DNA of 64,000 bases, taken from assembly GCA_020632415.1 (NCBI GenBank), contig JACKFO010000002.1, forward strand, positions 642,732 through 706,731. The letters run 5' to 3'. Each line of letters starts with the position of its first letter. Position 1 is the first letter of the stretch. Below the pieces are notes generated by a model that saw only the letters and a program-made list of their open reading frames with translations, made no database searches and was not told where the DNA came from. This stretch comes from Candidatus Nomurabacteria bacterium (GTDB lineage: Bacteria > Patescibacteriota > Patescibacteriia > UBA1558 > GWA2-36-10). Positions 21,131 to 30,381 of this stretch are shown here, one piece after another. The translations under genes were made by a program, and so were the position numbers.

Positions 21131-22070
21131 TAATTCTCAAAAAAATAATTTACGTTCGACTCGCGATGCTTATGGCGAGGCTTTATTGTCTTTGGCTAAA
21201 ACAAATAAAAATATCATTGCTGTTTCAGCTGATTTAGCAGAAAGCACTCGTCTACAAGATTTTGCTAAAAAATATCCAGAGCGCCTAATTGAAGTCGGCG
21301 TAGCTGAACAAAACATGTTGGGCGTAGCTGCTGGCTTGGCTTTGAGCAACAAAACTGTTTTTGCTTCTTCTTTTGCAGTTTTTTCTCCGGGAAGAAATTG
21401 GGAACAATTAAGAATTTCGGTTTGTTACTCAAAAGCTAACGTCAAACTAGTATCTACCCACGCTGGGCTTTCTGTTGGTGCAGACGGAGCAACTCATCAG
21501 GCCTTAGAAGACTTGGCTTTAACTCGAGTTTTACCAAATTTAATCGTCATCTCTCCGAGCGATTATCAAGAAACAAAAAAAGCAGTCGTTGCTATTGCTA
21601 AAATAAATAATCCCGTTTACTTAAGATTGCATCGCCAAGAATCCGAACAAATTACCACTTCTAAAAGTCCTTTTAAAATTGGCAAAGCAAATATTCTACA
21701 AAAAGGAAACCAAGTAACTTTAGTTGCTTGCGGACCAATTTTAAGCGAAGCAATTGCTGCGGTAAAAAAATCAAAAATTTCCGTGGAGATCATCAATTGT
21801 CACACTATCAAGCCGCTAGATAAAAATACCATTCTCAAATCTTTGAAAAAAACCAAACGCTTAATCACTTTGGAGGAGCACCAAGTTGCCGGCGGTTTAG
21901 GCTCTGCCATTTTGGAAGAAGTAGTTGCTCAATTTCCAGTACCAGTAGAAATGATTGGCGTTCAAGACAGCTTTGGAGAATCTGGCAAGGTTGTTGAGCT
22001 TTGGAAAAAATATAAAATAGATCGAAACTATATTGAGACTATAATTAAAAAAATAATAACTAGAAAATAA
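21120..22070 (+). CDS. transketolase, C-terminal (pyrimidine-binding) subunit
   Basis: Start at internal MTNNN overlapping the upstream stop; EDLALTRVLPNL and C-terminal domain motifs. Confidence 0.8.
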   Translation: MTNNNSQKNNLRSTRDAYGEALLSLAKTNKNIIAVSADLAESTRLQDFAKKYPERLIEVGVAEQNMLGVAAGLALSNKTVFASSFAVFSPGRNWEQLRISVCYSKANVKLVSTHAGLSVGADGATHQALEDLALTRVLPNLIVISPSDYQETKKAVVAIAKINNPVYLRLHRQESEQITTSKSPFKIGKANILQKGNQVTLVACGPILSEAIAAVKKSKISVEIINCHTIKPLDKNTILKSLKKTKRLITLEEHQVAGGLGSAILEEVVAQFPVPVEMIGVQDSFGESGKVVELWKKYKIDRNYIETIIKKIITRK

Positions 22071-22071
22071 A

Positions 22072-23031
22072 ATGTTTAAAGTAATTGAAGACTTCCCAAA
22101 ACAATTTTCCTGGCCAGCCAAAGTAAATAACGCCAAAAATTATCGTTCAAAAAATAAATTTATTGTTTTAGGAATGGGCGGTTCACACCTGGCTGCTGAT
22201 ATTCTAAATCACCACTTAGACAAAGAAATTATTGTCCACCATTCTTATGGCCTACCAAAATTATCCGATAAAACATTAAAAGATTACACAATTATTGCCA
22301 GCTCTTTTTCTGGTAATACAGAAGAAGTAATTGATGGCCTAAAACTTGCTTTGCAAAAAAAATTAAGCGTTGCTGTTTTGGCTGTTGGAGGCAAATTGAT
22401 CAAGATGGCCAAAGAAAAAAATCTAGCTTATGTCCAAATGCCGGATCTCGGACTTCAGCCTCGCATGGGCTTAGGACTACAAACCAAGGCTCTTCTAGCT
22501 TTAATGAGAGAAAATAAAGTTGCCCGTGATTTGAAATCTTTGGCAAATACCAAAACTAAAACCTACCAAAAACAAGGTCAAAAATTAGCCAAACAATTAA
22601 AAAACAAAGTGCCGATTATTTATGCTTGCCATTATTATGAAACTTTGGCTTATAACTGGAAAATAAAATTTAATGAGGACACAAAGATTCCTGCTTTTTA
22701 CAATACTTTCCCAGAACTAAATCATAATGAAATGAACGGCTTTGATCATGTCTTAAGTACTAAGCATTTATCAGAAAAATTTCATTTTATTTTTCTAAAA
22801 GATAAAAATGACCATCCAAGAATAAACAAAAGAATGCAGGTTTTACAAAAACTTTTAACCCAAAGAAAATTTCCCGTAACTATTATCGAATTAAAAGGCA
22901 AAAATATCTGGGAAAAAATGTTTACAAACTTAATCATCGCTGACTTTACTGCTTTTTACCTAGCCGGACACTATGGGATCGATCCAGAACCAGTACAGAT
23001 GGTCGAACAATTTAAAAAATTGATAAAATAA
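22072..23031 (+). CDS. bifunctional phosphoglucose/phosphomannose isomerase (SIS domain, archaeal type)
   Basis: VLGMGGSHLAADIL SIS motif; 319 aa; follows the transketolase subunits. Confidence 0.5.
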   Translation: MFKVIEDFPKQFSWPAKVNNAKNYRSKNKFIVLGMGGSHLAADILNHHLDKEIIVHHSYGLPKLSDKTLKDYTIIASSFSGNTEEVIDGLKLALQKKLSVAVLAVGGKLIKMAKEKNLAYVQMPDLGLQPRMGLGLQTKALLALMRENKVARDLKSLANTKTKTYQKQGQKLAKQLKNKVPIIYACHYYETLAYNWKIKFNEDTKIPAFYNTFPELNHNEMNGFDHVLSTKHLSEKFHFIFLKDKNDHPRINKRMQVLQKLLTQRKFPVTIIELKGKNIWEKMFTNLIIADFTAFYLAGHYGIDPEPVQMVEQFKKLIK

Positions 23032-23113
23032 CTACAGTTTCTTTTTTAAAAAAAATATTGTATAATAAACTCAGATTAAAATTAAAACTAAAATAAAAAA
23101 GAAAGGAGCACTT

Positions 23114-23443
23114 ATGAATAAAGATAACAAAAGTTGTTGTACTAACCACGATACCTATTGGTATCATGCTAATAAAATAGGCTTGCTATTTATTTTATTG
23201 TTTGCGATCTGTTTCTTCTGGCCATCATTTCATCCTGCACAATACGGCTTGCACTTACAAATGATGCAAATGACCTTCTTCGGCTTTAGCGGTATGGACT
23301 GGCAAAGTTTTGCTGCCGGCTTAATCCAAGCTTACTTCTGGGCTTACATTTTCGTTATTGTTTGGAAAATCGTTTGCTTAAGCTCCGAATGCTCTTGCAG
23401 CTGTGAAAAAACTGAAACAAAAAAAACTTCTAAGAAAAAATAA
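23114..23443 (+). CDS. hypothetical membrane protein with Cys-rich C-terminus
   Basis: aaaggagc RBS; 2-3 TM; CLSSECSCSCEK. Confidence 0.4.
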   Translation: MNKDNKSCCTNHDTYWYHANKIGLLFILLFAICFFWPSFHPAQYGLHLQMMQMTFFGFSGMDWQSFAAGLIQAYFWAYIFVIVWKIVCLSSECSCSCEKTETKKTSKKK

Positions 23444-23456
23444 AGCCTTAACAAAA

Positions 23457-23487
23457 ACACCCCTGAATTTCTCAGGGGTGTTTTTTG
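23457..23487. terminator. bidirectional intrinsic terminator
   Basis: acacccctga/tcaggggtgt perfect 10-bp stem flanked by A-run and T-run, between convergent genes. Confidence 0.55.
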
Positions 23488-23506
23488 GTTTTACTTTTCC
23501 TTTTCT

Positions 23507-23998
23507 TTATTGAGCTATTTTTTGTCTGATCATTTGGCCAAAACCTCTGCCTTGTTTGAAACCCTCAAAATCAGCTGGCTGATCAGGTCTTTGACCCATT
23601 TCATCCATTCGTTGTAAACGTAAGTCAGCTTGTTCTTGGGTGATTTCTCCAAGCGCTACAGAATCAGCTAATTTTTCTTTAATCTGAGCTTGCATTGCTT
23701 CGTGCATTTGCTCTTGAGTAATGCCTTGAGCCTCAGCGATCTGATCTAATCTTTGACCAGAATCTAAAGCAGCCTGCAATTCTTCGGTACTCATGCCCAA
23801 AATCTGAGCATGATCAGCTAACCATTCGGTATTGCCGCCGTGAAAGCCAAAACCCTTTCCTTCATGCATCCTCTGACAAACAGTGGGATCAAGCTGTTGA
23901 TCAGAAGAGCTAGACGTGGTTTGAGCGTGAACCAATCCGCCAGTGATTGCACTGGCCATGATTGCGCCTAATGCTAAATAACCTAATTCTTTTTTCAT
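23507..23998 (-). CDS. secreted hypothetical protein with ITQEQ (LTXXQ-like) repeats, possibly Spy/CpxP-like
   Basis: Signal peptide; GITQEQMHEAMQAQ and EITQEQADLRLQR repeats. Confidence 0.35.
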   Translation of the reverse strand: MKKELGYLALGAIMASAITGGLVHAQTTSSSSDQQLDPTVCQRMHEGKGFGFHGGNTEWLADHAQILGMSTEELQAALDSGQRLDQIAEAQGITQEQMHEAMQAQIKEKLADSVALGEITQEQADLRLQRMDEMGQRPDQPADFEGFKQGRGFGQMIRQKIAQ

Positions 23999-24078
23999 AT
24001 TTTTATTTATTTAATTATTAGACTTTTAAATAAGCTTATTTTTCTTTGTCTAATAATTAATACAAGATAAAAAGTTTT

Positions 24079-24843
24079 TTATTTCATCATCGGCATACTT
24101 GGCATAAACGGCCTAAAATTTGGCTTAAATCTTGGCCCCCATTGCTCATCTAAGGGATGAATGCCCCAGGCTCTAATTTGGCCAGCCTCTTCTTCTCCCA
24201 TCACCATCACCCAATCTCCGGTTTTAAAAACAAACTTTTTTGGTAAACGAGTTTCTTTTAAAACCAAAATTTCTAATTCACGATCTTGAGCTAAAAGTAA
24301 ATTTATTCGATCATCGATGATTGCTGAAATTTGTCCGGTATAAACTTTGTCATCAGCATCCATTCCATAATGACGATACATTCTACTGATGATTGGCAAA
24401 TCTTCATCTTCAGATCTATCTAGAAAATTAAGATGCACAGGATTAGTCCTCAAGAAAAAGCTAGTTAGAAAAACGACAGCGGCAATAAAAAACAAAGAAT
24501 AAAGAATGGGCTGACGATAAACCGTTGTGTGTTTTTTTACAAAAAATTCTAAAAAGAAAATAATAACAACAGCCCCGAAAATAATTAACCAAGGCAATGA
24601 AACAAACAAGTGCGTCCAACCTCTAAAGCCAAAGTTTGGCAGAAAAACAGAACCATTAGCTTGAGCAATGAAAAAAACAAAACTCAATAAAAAAGTCCCC
24701 AAAAGTAAGCCAAACAAAACAGCAGAAACAATTAAAATATTTTTTAGAATAAAATAATTTTTAGAATGCATTTCTACCTTACCCTCTTTGAGTTTGGCTT
24801 GAATAACTTCGCTAATTGATTTTTTTTCTTCTTGCTTATTCAT
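24079..24843 (-). CDS. polytopic membrane protein, putative anti-sigma factor
   Basis: Start overlaps the stop of the upstream ECF sigma factor gene; no zinc-binding anti-sigma motif seen, so assignment is by context only. Confidence 0.3.
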   Translation of the reverse strand: MNKQEEKKSISEVIQAKLKEGKVEMHSKNYFILKNILIVSAVLFGLLLGTFLLSFVFFIAQANGSVFLPNFGFRGWTHLFVSLPWLIIFGAVVIIFFLEFFVKKHTTVYRQPILYSLFFIAAVVFLTSFFLRTNPVHLNFLDRSEDEDLPIISRMYRHYGMDADDKVYTGQISAIIDDRINLLLAQDRELEILVLKETRLPKKFVFKTGDWVMVMGEEEAGQIRAWGIHPLDEQWGPRFKPNFRPFMPSMPMMK

Positions 24844-25405
24844 ATTTTTTCTCCTTAAAAATTTTGGCCAAATTTTCCTTGGCCCTTTTAATCCTCACTC
24901 CAACAGTGGAAACCGGAATCTGCATTACATCAGAAATATCTTGATAACTTAAGTCTTGTAAATAATATAAAATTACCGGCTCTTTGTATTTTGCATCCAA
25001 TTGATCCAAACCATAATCAAGCATTTGCTGTAATTCTTTTAGTTCCGCATCTTTGTCTGGGCGTTCTTTGGCTATCGGATGCGGAAATAAGGTGTCAGCA
25101 TCAAAAAACAAAACTAGATCATTTTTTTTCTTTTTCAGATGATTCACAAAAGTATTATGAGCAATTCGGTAGAGCCAAGAAGAAAATTTCCTCTCTAGAT
25201 CAAAAGACTGAATATTAACAAAAGCCTTGATAAAAGTCTCCTGCACCAAATCTTCGATATCTTGCTGATTATTCAAAAATCTATAAGCATAGCTTTTTAG
25301 TTTTTTTTCGTATCTTTCTACCAAAAAAGAAAAGGGCTCTTGCTGGCCTTTTTGAATTAACTGAACAATTAGCTCATCACTAAGGTTTTTTGTTTTTTGA
25401 TCCAT
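24836..25405 (-). CDS. ECF-subfamily RNA polymerase sigma factor
   Basis: 189 aa; region-2 like YRFLNNQQDIEDLVQETFIKAF and region-4 like DVMQIPVSTVGVRIKRAKENL. Confidence 0.7.
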   Translation of the reverse strand: MDQKTKNLSDELIVQLIQKGQQEPFSFLVERYEKKLKSYAYRFLNNQQDIEDLVQETFIKAFVNIQSFDLERKFSSWLYRIAHNTFVNHLKKKKNDLVLFFDADTLFPHPIAKERPDKDAELKELQQMLDYGLDQLDAKYKEPVILYYLQDLSYQDISDVMQIPVSTVGVRIKRAKENLAKIFKEKKYE

Positions 25406-25446
25406 TTATATTTAATACAATAAACTTCTTGTTTTATTTCACTAGA

Positions 25447-25647
25447 CTAAAATCCTCCCAAAGTTCCTAAATAATTATTTAAAAATGCTGGTAAAGCAAA
25501 CAACAAGCCTATTAATGGCACGATAAAGAAAACGATCGTTAAAATAAACCCCCACAAAAAATACTTGCGCATTTTTTCTACAGAAGCATACATTTTATCT
25601 ATTTTAGCTTCTTGCGCATTTAATTTTTCAATAATTTCTTGTTCCAT
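25447..25647 (-). CDS. small membrane protein (about 66 aa from internal MEQEII start)
   Basis: Single C-terminal TM helix; weak. Confidence 0.25.
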   Translation of the reverse strand: MEQEIIEKLNAQEAKIDKMYASVEKMRKYFLWGFILTIVFFIVPLIGLLFALPAFLNNYLGTLGGF

Positions 25648-25744
25648 AAATTTATTTAATAATATTATCTTGAGTATAGCAAATAACAGATGTGCTTGGC
25701 TAATACCGCAAAACAAAAACAAGCCCAGAGGCTTGTACAATATT

Positions 25745-25819
25745 TGGAGCGGGTGAGCGGAATCGAACCGCCCTCTTCAGCTTGGAAGGCTGACATAATA
25801 GCCACTATACGACACCCGC
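25745..25819 (-). tRNA. tRNA-Gly (anticodon TCC)
   Basis: Reverse complement folds: acceptor gcgggtg/cacccgc, anticodon loop cttccaa, T-loop ttcgatt, CCA. Confidence 0.75.
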
Positions 25820-25875
25820 CTACGCTTCGCTTCGACAAAACAACTTTGCTCTTTACGAATTGTAGTAAATATAAA

Positions 25876-25952
25876 TGGTCGGGGTGAGAGGACTCGAACC
25901 TCCGGCCTCATCGTCCCAAACGACGCGCGCTAGCCAACTGCGCCACACCCCG
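25876..25952 (-). tRNA. tRNA-Pro (anticodon TGG)
   Basis: Reverse complement: acceptor cggggtg/caccccg, anticodon loop tttggga, T-loop ttcgagt, CCA. Confidence 0.8.
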
Positions 25953-25962
25953 AAAAATTTAG

Positions 25963-26035
25963 TGGTGCCACGGGGCGGAATTGAACCACCGACACAGGGA
26001 TTTTCAGTCCCCTGCTCTACCACTGAGCTACCGTG
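25963..26035 (-). tRNA. tRNA-Phe (anticodon GAA)
   Basis: Reverse complement gccacggtagctcagtggtagagc...ctgaaaa...ggttcaattcc...ggcacca. Confidence 0.85.
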
Positions 26036-26065
26036 GCTAAAATAGAATTGTAATAATGCTTAAGC

Positions 26066-26142
26066 TGGTGGGCATGGGAGGACTCGAACCTCCGACCCCT
26101 ACATTATCAGTGTAGTGCTCTAACCAGCTGAGCTACATGCCC
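26066..26142 (-). tRNA. tRNA-Ile (anticodon GAT)
   Basis: Reverse complement gggcatgtagctcagctggttagagc...ctgataa...ggttcgagtcc...cccacca. Confidence 0.85.
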
Positions 26143-26382
26143 AACAACTTAAACATTCTTACTTAAAAAAATTCTAATTAACAGAAAGATAATAACAAAA
26201 AAATGCTGATTTGGCAATAGCCTAAAGAAACAAAAAAACCCGCCTCACGCGGGAAAATATTTAACAACTAGAAAGTGACCATTTTTAGCTAAATCCATTT
26301 TAACTAAAATAAATTAGTTAATCGACTATGGTAATAAAAAAGGGTGTTGGACCTTTTTATTTTATTACACCTATCTCCTTAG

Positions 26383-27861
<1,479 letters not shown>

Positions 27862-28177
27862 AAATAAAGTTTGCACATCTTGCTAAAAGATGTGTTTGGC
27901 TCGAGTTGTTACTCGAAATATGATTGACTTGTCCAAACTTTTAGTTGGACAATAAAATTTAAAAATTGACTTATGGTTTAACTAAAAACGGTTCACTTTT
28001 TAGTTGTCAAATATTTATTTGTCAAAAAACATTGTTTTTCTTGCTTATAGATAGCTTCTAAAGTTCAAGAAAAAACAGCAATGTCCAAAGACCTTAGACA
28101 CTTCTGTTTTTTCTCGGGTGCAACTCCCTTAATTTCTTTGTAAATCAGCTACGACTTTATTTTTTTAATGCTCCCGT

Positions 28178-28206
28178 ATTTTAAAGCAAAAAAAACATTT
28201 TGTCAA
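28178..28206 (-). promoter_or_regulatory. sigma70-like promoter (TTGACA-17-TAAAAT) on the minus strand upstream of 16S
   Basis: Reverse complement reads ttgaca aaatgttttttttgctt taaaat; lies between the trmD stop and the 16S 5' end. Confidence 0.35.
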
Positions 28207-28227
28207 GCCTTTTAAGCCTCCTGGAAA

Positions 28228-28905
28228 TTAAGCTCTAAATTTAGTTTGTTTTTCCCGCCATTCTTTAATTTTTTGATGATTTCCAGAAAGCAATACTTCT
28301 GGGACCTTAAGGCCTTTAAACTCCTCTGGACGCGTATATTGTGGATATTCTATATTAAATTCTTTAGTCTTTTTATTATACTCTGAAAAAGATTCGTCAT
28401 CTAAAGACTCTGCCTTGCCCAGCACTCCTGGCACTAAACGAGCTACCGAGTCGATCAGGGTCGCGGCAGCCAATTCACCGCCAGTCATAATAAAATTACC
28501 AAGCGAAATTTTCTGATCAATAAAATTATCTATTCGCGCATCAATAGCTTCGTAGTGTCCGGCAATCAAAATCAATCTTTTGTATTTAGCAAGTTCTTTG
28601 ACTTTGGTCTGGGTCAAAGTCTCGCCACGCGGAGTTAATAAAATAACTTGAGTATTTTTGTTTTTTATTTTATAAATTTTTTTTAATGTTTTATAAACCG
28701 GCTCTATTTTTAAAACCATTCCCGGTCCTCCACCATAAGGAGGTTCATCAACTGTATTATGTTTATTACCGGCTTGCTCTCTAATGTCGTGAGTGTTTAT
28801 CTCGATTAATTTATTTTTCTGTGCTCGCGCTAAAATAGAACTACTAAAATAGCTGTCCAAACATTCTGGAAAAATTGTCAGTAAATCAAATTTCATATTA
28901 TTCAC
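28228..28905 (-). CDS. trmD: tRNA (guanine37-N1)-methyltransferase
   Basis: MKFDLLTIFPECL N-terminus and SPOUT knot motifs (LIAGHYEAIDAR, GNFIMTGGE). Confidence 0.85.
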   Translation of the reverse strand: MNNMKFDLLTIFPECLDSYFSSSILARAQKNKLIEINTHDIREQAGNKHNTVDEPPYGGGPGMVLKIEPVYKTLKKIYKIKNKNTQVILLTPRGETLTQTKVKELAKYKRLILIAGHYEAIDARIDNFIDQKISLGNFIMTGGELAAATLIDSVARLVPGVLGKAESLDDESFSEYNKKTKEFNIEYPQYTRPEEFKGLKVPEVLLSGNHQKIKEWREKQTKFRA

Positions 28906-28980
28906 TTAATGATGCATTTATTATACAAAATAAAACCGCCCTGTGATAGTGCGGTTTTATTTATTCTATTGTTTGAATAT

Positions 28981-29322
28981 TTATAATGATAATTCTTCAA
29001 CGTCTTCGGTGGCACTTGGAGCTTGTTCGCTACTGGCCATATTTTCATCGCGATTTTCGCGATCATGAGATCTCATTCCTTCTGGTTCAAAGATCTTTAA
29101 GTTAACGCGAGCGTTGTTATTATTACCAACGATGCGTAATAAAGTACGTAAAGCTTTGGCTGTTTGACCTTGCTTTCCGATAATCTTACCCATGTCGGCT
29201 GGATTAACCTTTAAGGTTAACAATACGCCTCTTTCGTCAATGTCGCGCTTTACTTCGACGTCGTTTGGATTCTCGACTAAAGCTTTGACAACTGTTGCTA
29301 GGAAATCTTTATCTTCCATCAT
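28981..29322 (-). CDS. khpA: KH-domain RNA-binding protein (KhpA/YlqC-like) with acidic C-terminal extension
   Basis: GKIIGKQGQTAKALRTLL KH GXXG motif; sits between rpsP and trmD as in many bacteria. Confidence 0.6.
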   Translation of the reverse strand: MMEDKDFLATVVKALVENPNDVEVKRDIDERGVLLTLKVNPADMGKIIGKQGQTAKALRTLLRIVGNNNNARVNLKIFEPEGMRSHDRENRDENMASSEQAPSATEDVEELSL

Positions 29323-29408
29323 AGTTTTTCTTTAATAATCTTTTAAATAACAGTTCGTTCAACACGAAACTTTATCTAAATATACAACTTCTGTAAAAAA
29401 TAATCAAG

Positions 29409-29891
29409 TTATTTAGCTTCATCCGAAGCAACTTCGGCCGGAACTTCTTCGGTTGCTAGTTTTTCTTCTGTTGTTACTTCTGCTTCTGCTTTTTCTTCAG
29501 CAACAGCCTCTTCTTTTACTTCTTCGGCTGGAGCCTCTGCTTTTTCTTCAGCGGCTACTTTGGCGGCTTCTTCTTTTTCTTTTTTAGCTGCTTTTTTTGC
29601 GTCAATTTTAGTTTGACGTTTTTTACTAATAGAAACTGCTTTGGCTTTTTTTTCAGTTTTAACTAAACCTACTTTTGCTAATAAGTTACTAACCACTTCG
29701 GAGCTCTGAGCGCCCATTTTCAACCAATGTTCAATTCGGTCGTTTTTAAGAACCGTTTCCTTGGTATGTGGATTATGGTGACCCAAAATCTCCAAATGAT
29801 TACCATACATATCTTTGGTGCTTTCAGAAACGACCACTCTATAAAGTGGCATTTTCTTTTTTCCAACTCTTGCTAATCTAATTTTTAACAT
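29409..29891 (-). CDS. rpsP: 30S ribosomal protein S16 with long Lys/Ala/Glu-rich C-terminal tail
   Basis: MLKIRLARVGKKKMPLYRVVV...HWLKMGAQ is S16; 160 aa compared with about 85 aa typical. Confidence 0.85.
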   Translation of the reverse strand: MLKIRLARVGKKKMPLYRVVVSESTKDMYGNHLEILGHHNPHTKETVLKNDRIEHWLKMGAQSSEVVSNLLAKVGLVKTEKKAKAVSISKKRQTKIDAKKAAKKEKEEAAKVAAEEKAEAPAEEVKEEAVAEEKAEAEVTTEEKLATEEVPAEVASDEAK

Positions 29892-30050
29892 TTTTCTTCT
29901 TTAATTTGCTTAATAATCAAAATTGAGCACTCCATGACAAGGCTTATGCTACTATAATCTTGATTTTTTGTCAATAATGAAAAAGGGCAGGCCTTACAAC
30001 CTACCCGAGCAATCACGAAATTTGTCTTCGGAATGTCTAATGAGGAGATT

Positions 30051-30260
30051 TCAGGTGACAATTTTCGCCTTTGTAATGTCGGCAATCCGAAATTCAAATC
30101 GTATTCCACTCTCACAATCAACAACCGTTACTCTCTTGGTAGAATCATTGACTTCGGAGACTCTAACTCTCATCTGATGTTCATCTCTCCAAATCTCAAC
30201 GATTCGCTGAAAATCACAAGCAGTCCATAACAATTCATGAATTTTAATTGTGCGTGACAT
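30051..30260 (-). CDS. 69-aa hypothetical protein
   Basis: aagggg RBS 7 nt upstream of the ATG; beta-rich composition; no family recognised. Confidence 0.3.
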   Translation of the reverse strand: MSRTIKIHELLWTACDFQRIVEIWRDEHQMRVRVSEVNDSTKRVTVVDCESGIRFEFRIADITKAKIVT

Positions 30261-30381
30261 CTGTCGCCCCTTAATTTGAATGACCCTTGTTTAAAACCAG
30301 AATAAAATAAAACCCAATCCTTGTCAAACTAAAAATTCAGACTTAAAGCCTGAATTTTTAAATTTTTTATTATTAAGTTAT

